Origin: Escherichia coli
Lineage (GTDB): Bacteria; Pseudomonadota; Gammaproteobacteria; Enterobacterales; Enterobacteriaceae
Direction: 5' to 3' (one strand)
DNA: 50,212 nucleotides
Assembly: GCF_003334315.1 (NCBI RefSeq)
Contig: NZ_QOWR01000032.1
In this document: piece by piece, positions 1 to 10,993 of the stretch
Layout of the letters: the number at the start of each line of letters is the position of its first letter
Position numbering within the stretch: the first letter of the stretch is position 1
Notes under the pieces: generated by a model
Seen by the model: only the letters and a program-made list of their open reading frames with translations
Database searches by the model: none
What the model was told of the DNA's origin: nothing
Translations under genes and position numbers: made by a program

Positions 1-438
1 AGGCCGCAGTCGGTAACCTCGCGCATACAGCCGGGCAGTGACGTCATCGTCTGCGCGGAAATGGACGAACAGTGGGGCTATGTCGGGGCTAAATCGCGCC
101 AGCGCTGGCTGTTTTACGCGTATGACAGTCTCCGGAAGACGGTTGTTGCGCACGTATTCGGTGAACGCACTATGGCGACGCTGGGGCGTCTTATGAGCCT
201 GCTGTCACCCTTTGACGTGGTGATATGGATGACGGATGGCTGGCCGCTGTATGAATCCCGCCTGAAGGGAAAGCTGCACGTAATCAGCAAGCGATATACG
301 CAGCGAATTGAGCGGCATAACCTGAATCTGAGGCAGCACCTGGCACGGCTGGGACGGAAGTCGCTGTCGTTCTCAAAATCGGTGGAGCTGCATGACAAAG
401 TCATCGGGCATTATCTGAACATAAAACACTATCAATAA
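1..438 (+). CDS. insB: IS1 transposase InsB, 5'-truncated by window edge
   Basis: Frame 1 is open from base 1 ([20 protein letters not shown] then [24 protein letters not shown]...HYLNIKHYQ, stop 436..438); this is the C-terminal portion of IS1 InsB as I remember it. Confidence 0.9.
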   Translation, partial: RPQSVTSRIQPGSDVIVCAEMDEQWGYVGAKSRQRWLFYAYDSLRKTVVAHVFGERTMATLGRLMSLLSPFDVVIWMTDGWPLYESRLKGKLHVISKRYTQRIERHNLNLRQHLARLGRKSLSFSKSVELHDKVIGHYLNIKHYQ

Positions 439-453
439 GTTGGAGTCATTACC
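1..453 (+). mobile_element. IS1 insertion sequence, 3' portion (window begins inside the element); right terminus ends at 453
   Basis: InsB-frame translation runs from base 1 through 438; element ends ...ATCAATAAGTTGGAGTCATTACC at 453, which matches the IS1 right inverted repeat as I recall it. Confidence 0.9.
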
Positions 454-1153
454 CACTTGCGTTATCGCGGTGAAAAACGACGTGTTGTTTATCATCTTCA
501 ATGAACGAACCATGCTGAATAGCCACTGCCATTGCCGCATCCAGTCCGCTCAAGGATGTTCCCATAATACCCACGTTACACGCATCGACCTTTGCTTCCA
601 TCAGGCCTGACCACGGGCTGGGAAAATACGTTCGGGTTGCTTCTTCTTCATCAGGCCAGACGTGACCCGTGGCAATCACCGCTAAATCAAACGTCTCGCT
701 GGGTAAATCCTGATTTGTAGCGAGCATGACGCCAGCATTTGTAATTTGCAGATCGGTAACCTGGCATGATTCATAAACAGCCACTGCAAATTTTTGCTTT
801 CGTGCCTGGTCTACTAATCGTAAAAATTGATCGCGGAAATATTCGCCCAGCAGAATTCGCGGTAAAAACTGACGATCGTGCAAGGTTTCTTTTTTAACGC
901 CATAACGCTGGAGATGGCTGGCTTCTTGCTTTTGTAGCCATTCGAGATACGTACAATAAATCGGCGGTATTTCAATACTGGCAATATTTGCCAGCATCAT
1001 TTTTGAGTTTTCCTCATCACTGTATGGCATCCCGACACCGGCCTCGTCAGCCTGCTCGAAGATAGAAATAGAAAGTGGAGTTTGTTGCTGTAGAAGCGAG
1101 AATAAGGTGTAGATCCCCGTAGGCCCGGCACCCACAATAGCAATTTTTTTCAT
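454..1153 (-). pseudogene. ydhS: ydhS (FAD/NAD(P)-binding oxidoreductase) 5' fragment, truncated by IS1 insertion
   Basis: Minus-strand ORF 449..1153 (234 aa) begins MKKIAIVGAGPTGIYTLFSL (Rossmann GxGxxG motif). Recalled YdhS is about 534 aa; here the frame runs into the IS1 terminus and stops at 449..451 inside IS1. Confidence 0.7.
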
Positions 1154-1244
1154 TGTTACTTACCTGTACGCATTCTTTCGAATTTAGTGTTATCAGATAA
1201 GTTTGGTTGAAATTTTTAGAATTTGAGAAATTTCAGACAGGGAT

Positions 1245-1266
1245 GAAAAGGGCGCTAACCGCCCTT
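1245..1266 (-). terminator. Hairpin downstream of ydhR (putative intrinsic terminator)
   Basis: Inverted repeat AAGGGCG-CTAACC-CGCCCTT just past the ydhR stop; on the minus strand it is followed by a modest T-rich stretch. Confidence 0.35.
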
Positions 1267-1278
1267 GATTAAATTCTG

Positions 1279-1584
1279 TCAGGCGAGTTTTGCCTGATTG
1301 ATTTGACTCAGTGGCTCATTGACATCGAAAACTTTGGCGACAACTTCCTCAACGCCGAGATTTTTCAGTCGGGCAGTGTGTTTTTCCAGATAGGCAAGGG
1401 CGCTTTTTTCATCAGTGAAAAGGTAGATCCCACCGGCTTCGTGGTTCTTTTCACTTTCGGTCCATACCTTCCACAGAAAACCAGGTTCCTGATTAATCGA
1501 CTCAGCAAGCGGTTTAAGCTGCTCAGCCATTGTGTCGCCAAATGGGCCATTGAAAGAAAAATGAAGTTGTAACAAAGTTGCCAT
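1279..1584 (-). CDS. ydhR: YdhR, putative monooxygenase (101 aa)
   Basis: ORF track 101 aa [22 protein letters not shown]...; length and position (next to valVW and ydhS) match K-12 ydhR. Confidence 0.85.
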   Translation of the reverse strand: MATLLQLHFSFNGPFGDTMAEQLKPLAESINQEPGFLWKVWTESEKNHEAGGIYLFTDEKSALAYLEKHTARLKNLGVEEVVAKVFDVNEPLSQINQAKLA

Positions 1585-1691
1585 AGCGATTCTCCTTCTG
1601 ATAACGCATACGAAGACAGTGTAAATCTTTTAACGTATTGGATACAGAGAAGAAACAGAGGGAAAAAGGAGAAGACCAGATTAAGAAAATC

Positions 1692-1768
1692 TGGTGCGTC
1701 CGAGTGGACTCGAACCACCGACCCCCACCATGTCAAGGTGGTGCTCTAACCAACTGAGCTACGGACGC
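1692..1768 (-). tRNA. tRNA-Val (anticodon GAC), 77 nt, distal copy of tandem pair
   Basis: Reverse complement reads GCGTCCGTAGCTCAGTTGGTTAGAGCACCACCTTGACATGGTGGGGGTCGGTGGTTCGAGTCCACTCGGACGCACCA: cloverleaf with GAC in the anticodon loop and 3' CCA. Corresponds to the valV/valW pair of K-12. Confidence 0.9.
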
Positions 1769-1772
1769 AGGA

Positions 1773-1849
1773 TGGTGCGTTCAATTGGACTCGAACCAAC
1801 GACCCCCACCATGTCAAGGTGGTGCTCTAACCAACTGAGCTATGAACGC
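1773..1849 (-). tRNA. tRNA-Val (anticodon GAC), 77 nt, proximal copy of tandem pair
   Basis: Reverse complement reads GCGTTCATAGCTCAGTTGGTTAGAGCACCACCTTGACATGGTGGGGGTCGTTGGTTCGAGTCCAATTGAACGCACCA; differs from the other copy only by compensatory changes in acceptor and T stems. Confidence 0.9.
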
Positions 1850-2156
1850 AACGTTGTAGGTGACAACGGGGACGAATATTAGCGGCAGAGTGGGAAGGTG
1901 GCAAGAGGCAAAACGTAATTTTCTGCGCTATTTCGACCGTTTGCAGAGCTTTTAAGCAAATTGGCTATATTTTGTTGATTTGCAAGGGCGATTTTTATTC
2001 AGGATCGCATTTACATCTGATACAACCCAATAATTCGTGTATCAGAGTTTAAACAGAGTTGTTTGCCACCATCTCAAATCTGTCGTGGATAAATCCTCCG
2101 TAGCCTTTACACTTAGGTAGCAATAAAGGCACACAGATGCAGCAAAGGAATAAATC

Positions 2157-3413
2157 ATGGGATCTGATGCGAAAAACTTGATGAGCGACGGGAATGTGCA
2201 AATTGTTAAGACCGGCGAGGTCATTGGCGCGACGCAACTTACTGAAGGCGAGTTGATTGTTGAAGCTGGCGGAAGAGCCGAAAATACCGTGGTCACGGGG
2301 GCTGGCTGGTTGAAAGTGGCAACCGGTGGGATCGCCAAATGCACACAGTACGGTAACAATGGCACGCTATCGGTCAGCGACGGTGCCATTGCCACAGATA
2401 TTGTTCAGTCCGAGGGAGGCGCAATTAGTCTCTCTACGCTCGCTACGGTTAATGGCCGCCATCCCGAAGGTGAATTCAGCGTTGATAAAGGTTATGCCTG
2501 CGGTTTGTTGCTGGAAAATGGCGGTAACCTGCGTGTACTGGAAGGCCATCGCGCGGAAAAAATCATTCTCGATCAAGAGGGCGGCCTGTTGGTTAATGGG
2601 ACAACCTCAGCGGTCGTGGTAGATGAAGGTGGTGAATTGTTGGTGTATCCAGGTGGGGAAGCCAGCAATTGTGAGATTAATCAGGGCGGCGTTTTTATGC
2701 TGGCCGGGAAAGCCAGTGATACGTTGCTTGCTGGTGGCACCATGAATAATCTCGGTGGTGAAGACTCTGACACTATTGTTGAGAATGGATCCATTTATCG
2801 TCTGGGGACGGATGGCCTTCAGCTCTACAGTTCCGGTAAGACGCAAAACCTGTCCGTGAATGTGGGTGGTCGGGCTGAAGTGCATGCCGGTACGCTGGAA
2901 AATGCGGTAATACAAGGTGGAACAGTGATCCTGTTGTCACCCACCAGCGCGGACGAAAATTTTGTCGTAGAGGAAGATCGCGCACCGGTTGAACTGACCG
3001 GGAGTGTTGCATTACTGGACGGCGCTTCAATGATTATTGGTTATGGCGCAGAGCTGCAACAATCAACGATTACTGTACAGCAGGGCGGTGTGTTGATTCT
3101 CGACGGCAGTACGGTAAAAGGTGACAGTGTCACTTTCAGTGTTGGTAACATCAATCTGAATGGCGGAAAACTGTGGCTGATCACTGGTGCGGCAACGCAT
3201 GTGCAACTGAAAGTGAAACGCCTGCGCGGAGAGGGAGCGATTTGCCTGCAAACCAGTGCGAAAGAAATTTCACCTGACTTCATCAATGTGAAAGGGGAAG
3301 TTACCGGTGATATACACGTTGAGATAACAGATGCCAGTCGGCAAACTCTGTGTAACGCACTGAAACTACAGCCAGACGAAGACGGGATTGGCGCAACGCT
3401 CCAGCCTGCGTAA
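2157..3413 (+). CDS. ydhQ: YdhQ, autotransporter-passenger-like / adhesin-related protein (418 aa)
   Basis: ORF 418 aa MGSDAKNLMSDGNVQIVKTGEV..., Gly/Thr/Val-rich repeats typical of beta-helical passenger domains; length matches K-12 YdhQ. Confidence 0.85.
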   Translation: MGSDAKNLMSDGNVQIVKTGEVIGATQLTEGELIVEAGGRAENTVVTGAGWLKVATGGIAKCTQYGNNGTLSVSDGAIATDIVQSEGGAISLSTLATVNGRHPEGEFSVDKGYACGLLLENGGNLRVLEGHRAEKIILDQEGGLLVNGTTSAVVVDEGGELLVYPGGEASNCEINQGGVFMLAGKASDTLLAGGTMNNLGGEDSDTIVENGSIYRLGTDGLQLYSSGKTQNLSVNVGGRAEVHAGTLENAVIQGGTVILLSPTSADENFVVEEDRAPVELTGSVALLDGASMIIGYGAELQQSTITVQQGGVLILDGSTVKGDSVTFSVGNINLNGGKLWLITGAATHVQLKVKRLRGEGAICLQTSAKEISPDFINVKGEVTGDIHVEITDASRQTLCNALKLQPDEDGIGATLQPA

Positions 3414-3419
3414 AAATAC

Positions 3420-3453
3420 AGGCGCAACCCGTGAAGGTTGCGCCTTGTCTTTA

Positions 3454-3455
<2 letters not shown>
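3420..3455. terminator. Bidirectional rho-independent terminator between convergent ydhQ and mdtK
   Basis: GGCGCAACC-CGTGAA-GGTTGCGCC stem-loop (3421..3444) followed by TTGTCTTTATT on the plus strand and preceded by TAAAAATACA (T-run for minus-strand reading). Confidence 0.6.
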
Positions 3456-4848
<1,393 letters not shown>

Positions 4849-5041
4849 TTATATGAGAGACTAAAAAGCCGCCTGAATGGGCAGCAAAAAGAAGAAGCAG
4901 GGGAAATTCAGTCTATTGTAGCGAGGATTTATTAATTCTCCAGTGAAAAAATAGCCATTCTTACCCCTTCACTGGTAAGGGCGTTTTCCACCTGCTATTG
5001 TGCTGAACAGAATGTCTTAACTGATTTCAGGAGTTGTAAGT

Positions 5042-5683
5042 ATGTTTACGGGGATTGTACAGGGCACCGCAAAACTGGTGTCGATTGACGAGAAACCAAA
5101 TTTTCGTACGCATGTGGTGGAGTTACCCGACCACATGCTGGACGGCCTGGAAACCGGTGCTTCCGTGGCGCATAACGGTTGCTGCCTGACCGTGACGGAA
5201 ATTAACGGCAACCATGTCAGTTTTGACCTGATGAAAGAAACGTTACGCATTACCAATCTTGGCGATTTAAAAGTGGGGGATTGGGTAAACGTTGAGCGTG
5301 CGGCGAAATTCAGTGATGAAATTGGCGGACACTTAATGTCAGGTCATATTATGACCACTGCTGAAGTGGCGAAAATATTAACCTCAGAAAATAATCGCCA
5401 GATCTGGTTTAAAGTCCAGGATAGTCAGTTGATGAAATATATTCTGTACAAAGGATTTATTGGCATCGACGGTATTAGCCTGACCGTCGGCGAAGTCACG
5501 CCAACGCGTTTTTGCGTCCATTTAATTCCGGAAACTCTGGAACGCACGACTCTTGGGAAGAAAAAACTCGGCGCACGCGTCAACATTGAAATTGATCCAC
5601 AAACTCAGGCAGTGGTAGATACGGTAGAACGTGTGCTGGCGGCACGAGAAAATGCCATGAATCAACCAGGTACAGAAGCCTGA
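5042..5683 (+). CDS. ribC: Riboflavin synthase (alpha subunit), 213 aa
   Basis: ORF 213 aa [29 protein letters not shown]...; classic riboflavin synthase N-terminus; AGGAG-like RBS upstream. Confidence 0.92.
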   Translation: MFTGIVQGTAKLVSIDEKPNFRTHVVELPDHMLDGLETGASVAHNGCCLTVTEINGNHVSFDLMKETLRITNLGDLKVGDWVNVERAAKFSDEIGGHLMSGHIMTTAEVAKILTSENNRQIWFKVQDSQLMKYILYKGFIGIDGISLTVGEVTPTRFCVHLIPETLERTTLGKKKLGARVNIEIDPQTQAVVDTVERVLAARENAMNQPGTEA

Positions 5684-5691
5684 TCTGAAAT

Positions 5692-5710
5692 CGCCCCCGG
5701 AGAGGGGGCG
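5692..5710. terminator. GC-rich hairpin between convergent ribC and cfa (likely shared terminator)
   Basis: CGCCCCC-GGAGAG-GGGGGCG perfect 7-bp GC stem located between the ribC stop (5683) and the cfa stop (5723). Confidence 0.5.
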
Positions 5711-5722
5711 ATAGAATAGCCT

Positions 5723-6871
5723 TTAGCGAGCGACTCGAAGGCCGTTTTCAACACCGCGTGAGAACACGACCTGCCAGAGCTGAATATCACGGGCGCGGAA
5801 AGCACCTGCACAGGCATTCAGATAATAGGTAAACATTCGTTTAAAGCGTTCACTGTAGTTATCCGCAATTTCTGGCCATGCGGCGAGGAATCGTTCATAC
5901 CACGCCATCAACGTAGTATCGTAATCAGCACCGAAGTTATGCCAGTCTTCCATCACAAAGTGGGGTTCGCTGGATTGAGCAATCTGGCGTACAGAGGGCA
6001 GGCAACCGTTTGGAAAAATATATTTGTTAATCCAGGGATCAACATTCAGATCGGTTTTTTTCGAACCGATAGTATGGAGCAGGAATATGCCTTCCGGTTT
6101 CAAATTACGATCCACCACCGCAAAATAGGTATCGTAATTTTTCGGTCCGACGTGCTCGAACATCCCCACAGAAACAATACGATCAAACTGGTCGTTCAGG
6201 TCACGATAATCTTGCAGCAAAATGGTGACATCCAGGCCTTCACAGCGTTCCTGAGCCATTTTTTGCTGTTCGGCAGAAATGGTGACGCCCACCACGCTTA
6301 CGTCATAATTAGATGCCATGTAGTGTGCCAGTCCGCCCCAGCCGCAGCCAATATCCAGTACGCGCATCCCTGGTTTTAACTGCAATTTTTCACAAATCAT
6401 TTTGAGCTTCGCCTGCTGGGCAGATTCCAGATTATCGGCATCTTTCCAGTAAGCGCAGGAATATTGCATGAAGGGATCAAGCATGCGGCTGAACAAGTCA
6501 TTACCCAAATCGTAATGCTCTTTGCCGACTATCCAGGCACGTTTTTTACTCTGCAGATTGAAGAGACGAGCGCCGGCAATACGCAGCGTGTCTTTGAAAT
6601 GATGGGGGAGTTGGTTCTCGAGACCTGCGCGTAAGACTTTGCTAAAAAACATATCCAGTCGGTCACATTCCCACCAGCCATCCATATAACTTTCGCCTAA
6701 CCCCAAAGAGCCTTCTTGCAGAACGCGTTTAAAAAAATCGGGGTTTTTCACACGAATATCCGCCGGGGCAGAACCGTTAATGGCTATACCGGCACGGCTA
6801 AGTAATTCGTTGGCGATACGGTACCAGTTGTCATCCGGTACGCTGACTTCTTCTATACACGATGAACTCAT
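5723..6871 (-). CDS. cfa: Cyclopropane-fatty-acyl-phospholipid synthase (382 aa)
   Basis: ORF 382 aa MSSSCIEEVSVPDDNWYRIANELLSRAG... with SAM-methyltransferase motif VLDIGCGWGG; length matches Cfa. Confidence 0.92.
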   Translation of the reverse strand: MSSSCIEEVSVPDDNWYRIANELLSRAGIAINGSAPADIRVKNPDFFKRVLQEGSLGLGESYMDGWWECDRLDMFFSKVLRAGLENQLPHHFKDTLRIAGARLFNLQSKKRAWIVGKEHYDLGNDLFSRMLDPFMQYSCAYWKDADNLESAQQAKLKMICEKLQLKPGMRVLDIGCGWGGLAHYMASNYDVSVVGVTISAEQQKMAQERCEGLDVTILLQDYRDLNDQFDRIVSVGMFEHVGPKNYDTYFAVVDRNLKPEGIFLLHTIGSKKTDLNVDPWINKYIFPNGCLPSVRQIAQSSEPHFVMEDWHNFGADYDTTLMAWYERFLAAWPEIADNYSERFKRMFTYYLNACAGAFRARDIQLWQVVFSRGVENGLRVAR

Positions 6872-7161
6872 AGTTTCTCCATCACTGGTCGGTGATCAGA
6901 ACCTTAAAACAGCGTAGACGCTTTTTGGGCTTTGTGAGAAATCTCGCAGAAAAAACCGCGAGTCTATAATCCGACGTAGAACAGAGGGAAAGGAGGAACC
7001 CTTGCCGAAATGACCATCCATAGTGAGTCGGGAGCGATCCTGTCCCCGTAAAAACATAATATTTATCGTAGCTTTAACAACTCGAAATTAGTATAGGCCG
7101 CTAATTTCAATCATACAACAAAATTTTGTTAGCAGCCTAAGTATAAGTATATCGATATAGA

Positions 7162-8373
7162 TCAGTGTGATTCGCTATGAGCGACTTCGGCATTGCCATG
7201 ATTCTGGCAGCCAACTTCTTCACAACGTTGCATCATGTAACCCAGCGCGACCAGCACTACTGTTGATAACATCACGCTGGTGGTGGTGAGCAATGGCGTG
7301 CTGATACTGATCAGCCAGGAAACTACCAGACTTGCGAGGAAGCACAGACCCAGTTGTAGAGTGTTCTGCAAAGCTGCGGCGCGACCAGTTGCGTGTGGGA
7401 AGGGACGCAGCGCCTGGGCGACAACAATAGGGTAGATCGCGCCATTGGCAATCGCCATCACACAGAATGGGATCAGGATTTCGACCAGCGACACATGGCT
7501 AATGAAGCCTGCAGCCCAGGTCGCAATGACGCTGACAGCAAACAGCACCAGCAACCACGGTAATAACTGCTTGCCTTGCCATTTCTGCAGTGCGGCGCGA
7601 CAGCCATAACCACCAATCAGAAACGCGATAGTTTGCGGGACATAACTTAAACCAATAACTGCCGGGCTGTAGCCCATTTCACTAAGGATGAACGGTGAAC
7701 CGGTCAGCCATGCAAAAAAACTGGCTGAACAGGCCGCATATATCAGCACGTTGCCGCGATAGGTTTTAGAACGTAGCAGGTCGGTAAAGGTCAGACCATC
7801 CTGACTATTGTTACGGGCCTTCGTCGTGGGTTTGAGCCAGAAAATAGGCAGAATCAGCACCACGGTAATGGCAAACAGGGTGGCGAAAATCGCCTGCCAG
7901 GAAAAATGGACCAGCAGCCAGCTTCCTAACAGGGGAGCAAGTGCCGGAGACAGACCCACCAGCGGCATGATGGTCGCAAAAATACGGTTGACTTTCTGTG
8001 AAGGATAATAATCCGTCACTAACGCTTGCCAGATAACCGCCGCGGCGCAGACCCCCACAGCCTGTACAAAACGCAATACCAGCAGCGTAGCGGCGTTTTC
8101 TACCCACAGCATCCCCAGACTACCTAACGCAAAAATTGTCAGGCCGATTAATAACACCGGTTTACGACCATAACGGTCGGAGAGTGGCCCCCACAGAAGC
8201 TGGGCTGCGGCAAAACCGGCAAGGAACAGACTAAGGCTGGCACTGACAGCAGACGCAGGCGTTTGCAGGTCGGCCTGTATGGCGGCGAAAGCAGGCAGAT
8301 ACATATCGGTTGCCAGAAAACCGAGTACGCTCAAACCCGCCAGCCAGACTAAAAATCTTTTCCCAGGTTGCAT
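7162..8373 (-). CDS. ydhC: YdhC (PunC) MFS transporter (403 aa)
   Basis: ORF 403 aa [29 protein letters not shown]...; 12-TMS MFS pattern; divergent from LysR-type ydhB as in K-12. Confidence 0.88.
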   Translation of the reverse strand: MQPGKRFLVWLAGLSVLGFLATDMYLPAFAAIQADLQTPASAVSASLSLFLAGFAAAQLLWGPLSDRYGRKPVLLIGLTIFALGSLGMLWVENAATLLVLRFVQAVGVCAAAVIWQALVTDYYPSQKVNRIFATIMPLVGLSPALAPLLGSWLLVHFSWQAIFATLFAITVVLILPIFWLKPTTKARNNSQDGLTFTDLLRSKTYRGNVLIYAACSASFFAWLTGSPFILSEMGYSPAVIGLSYVPQTIAFLIGGYGCRAALQKWQGKQLLPWLLVLFAVSVIATWAAGFISHVSLVEILIPFCVMAIANGAIYPIVVAQALRPFPHATGRAAALQNTLQLGLCFLASLVVSWLISISTPLLTTTSVMLSTVVLVALGYMMQRCEEVGCQNHGNAEVAHSESH

Positions 8374-8485
8374 GTATATTCTCTAAATCTCTCAATTAAA
8401 CACCGCCGCAAAGTGTAGGGAGTGAAATTAGTGTTGTGAAACGGTAATATTTGATGACTGGTTTCAAAAATTTTGTAGGCAGACT

Positions 8486-9418
8486 ATGTGGTCAGAATAT
8501 TCACTCGAAGTTGTTGATGCGGTAGCGCGTAATGGTAGTTTTAGCGCTGCGGCACAGGAGCTGCATCGCGTTCCTTCTGCGGTCAGCTATACCGTGCGTC
8601 AGCTGGAAGAGTGGCTGGCGGTGCCGCTCTTTGAACGACGGCACCGTGATGTGGAGCTGACCGCTGCTGGAGCGTGGTTTCTCAAAGAAGGGCGCTCTGT
8701 TGTCAAAAAAATGCAGATCACCCGCCAGCAATGTCAGCAGATAGCGAACGGCTGGCGCGGTCAGTTAGCTATCGCAGTGGATAATATTGTCAGGCCAGAA
8801 CGTACACGGCAGATGATCGTTGATTTTTATCGCCATTTTGATGATGTCGAACTTCTTGTCTTTCAGGAAGTGTTCAACGGTGTCTGGGATGCGCTTTCCG
8901 ACGGGCGCGTGGAACTGGCGATTGGCGCAACACGCGCGATTCCGGTAGGCGGTCGTTATGCCTTCCGGGATATGGGGATGCTAAGCTGGAGTTGCGTTGT
9001 TGCCAGCCACCACCCGCTGGCGTTGATGGATGGCCCATTCAGCGATGATACGTTGCGCAACTGGCCGTCGTTGGTGCGCGAAGACACCTCGCGAACGCTA
9101 CCTAAGCGTATTACCTGGTTGCTGGATAACCAAAAAAGACTTGTCGTGCCTGACTGGGAATCATCGGCAACCTGTATCTCGGCAGGATTATGCATAGGGA
9201 TGGTGCCAACACATTTCGCCAAACCGTGGCTTAATGAGGGGAAGTGGGTAGCATTAGAACTGGAAAACCCCTTTCCGGATTCGGCATGTTGTCTGACATG
9301 GCAGCAAAATGATATGTCGCCTGCGTTAACCTGGTTGCTTGAGTATCTCGGCGATAGTGAGACGCTGAATAAGGAGTGGCTGCGGGAGCCGGAAGAGACT
9401 CCCGCAACGGGTGATTAA
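8486..9418 (+). CDS. ydhB: YdhB (PunR) LysR-family transcriptional regulator (310 aa)
   Basis: ORF 310 aa; N-terminal LysR helix-turn-helix ([27 protein letters not shown]); divergent from ydhC. Confidence 0.88.
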
Positions 9419-10440
9419 CGACGATAGTCGCGGAACGGGCCGTCAGCCACGGAGCGGCGTTCAATCAAGCGCGGATGCACTTCAATGGACTGCGGTTCTT
9501 CACGTTTGTTGACGATACGATCCAACAGCATGTTGAACGCTGTTTCACCCAGCGAGTCTTTTGGCTGATGGATCGTGGTCAGCGCCGGCGTAAAATAGCG
9601 GGCGTTGCGCACGTTATCATAACCGATCAGCGAAACATCCTGCGGGACGCGCAGGCCCATTTCATCAGCAGCACAAAGTGCGCCCATTGCCATGATATCG
9701 CCACCACAGAAGACGGCAGTAGGGCGATGCGGCTGCGACAGGATTTGCTGCATGGCGCGATAACCGGATTCAGGTTCAAAATCACCCTGCACAATCCAGC
9801 TTTCCGGCACCTTGATCATTGCTTCTTCCATCGCCTTCATAAAACCGGCAAGGCGGCCTGCGCCAGTGTTACGTTCCAGCGGGCCGGGGATAACGCCGAT
9901 TTCGCGGTGACCGCGTTCAATCAGATAACGCCCGGCCATGTAGCCGCCTTCGAACGCGTTATCAATGACCGCATCGGTGAAGTCAGCTTTTGCTTCACCC
10001 CAGTCCATCACCACCATTGGGATATGGCGATACTCTTCCAGCATCGCCAGCAACGGCTCTGGGTACTCAGAACACATCACCAGCAGACCATCGACGCGTT
10101 TTTGCGCCATCATCGACAGATAAGCCCGCTGTTTCTCAAGATTGTTCCACGCATTACCCAGAATCAGGGTGTAACCTTTCTGGAAGCAATTTTTTTCAAC
10201 CGCTTCAATGATCTCGGCAAAATAGGCCGCTTCGCTGCTGGTCGCCAGCAAACCGATAGACTTGGTGTGGTTAACCTTCAGGCTACGCGCCACCGCGCTA
10301 GGGGAGTAGTGTAATTCTTTAATCGCTGCCCACACGGCGTTGCGCGTTTCTTCAGCGACGAAACGTGTTTTGTTGATCACGTGTGACACAGTTGTAGTGG
10401 AAACGTTTGCTCGTTTCGCTACATCTTTTATTGTTGCCAT
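9415..10440 (-). CDS. purR: Purine repressor PurR (341 aa), LacI family
   Basis: ORF 341 aa [33 protein letters not shown]...; stop codon overlaps the ydhB stop (TTAA at 9415..9418). Confidence 0.95.
10397..10412. promoter_or_regulatory. PurR operator (pur box) inside the purR 5' coding region
   Basis: GTGGAAACGTTTGCTC, close to the pur box consensus centred on AAACGTTT; purR is known to be autoregulated through operators downstream of its transcription start. Confidence 0.6.
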
Positions 10441-10484
10441 TCCATTTCACTCCAGACCCTAACTTCAGCTCCTGCAAAATCGCA

Positions 10485-10500
10485 AGGTAAACGTTTGCCT
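10485..10500. promoter_or_regulatory. PurR operator (pur box) in the purR 5' leader
   Basis: AGGTAAACGTTTGCCT, about 45 bp upstream of the purR start codon; second copy of the AAACGTTTGC core. Confidence 0.6.
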
Positions 10501-10738
10501 TTACACACCTTACGCACAACAAAAGTGTTGCGGTACGCCGGAAAAACGACACGGAGCGTCAGGAAGGGGTCAATGGCCAGTACGCAAATAGTGTAAGCGT
10601 GGAATTTTGGCCGATCTTGACGAAAAGGGGAAGTGGTAAAAACACTTATCATTATAAATGACGGGAGATTTTTTCATCACAGTGTGTAAAAATGCGTAAT
10701 ATCACTTTTTGTGTGGTAATAAAAAAGGAGAAAACTTG

Positions 10739-10828
10739 ATGAGCACCGACCTTAAATTTTCACTGGTAACAACGATTATCGTCCTCGGTTTGATCGTAGC
10801 CGTGGGTTTGACTGCCGCGCTGCACTGA
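10739..10828 (+). CDS. ynhF: YnhF small membrane protein (29 aa)
   Basis: ATG at 10739 preceded by AAGGAG RBS; translation MSTDLKFSLVTTIIVLGLIVAVGLTAALH (single TM helix); matches my memory of K-12 YnhF. Absent from the ORF track because it is below the length cutoff. Confidence 0.65.
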   Translation: MSTDLKFSLVTTIIVLGLIVAVGLTAALH

Positions 10829-10993
10829 TTTCCTCTCGAGGGAGCGCGTTCTCCCTCGCATCTCCTTCCTGTTTGTTAGCAAAATGGCAAAAGTGTTTTC
10901 TCTTTTTGTTATTTTCATTTTTTTGTGATTGCTGTCATGCTTTCGCCACTTTAATGAATATCGCGTAATGACGCGAAGAGGTGGAGATAAGGC

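Noticed and set aside
1694-1882. 62-aa plus-strand ORF overlapping the tRNA-Val genes
   Set aside because: It is the antisense of two tRNA genes; the internal duplication in its translation (PTMSRWCSNQLSY twice) simply mirrors the duplicated tRNAs.
1850-2156. Possible integrase or prophage junction at the tRNA-Val locus
   Set aside because: No integrase-like ORF or att-like duplicate of the tRNA 3' end is present; the flanks are the native ydhQ and ydhR genes.
9475-10314. 279-aa plus-strand ORF antisense to purR
   Set aside because: Fully contained within purR on the opposite strand; His/Arg-rich translation with no domain resemblance.
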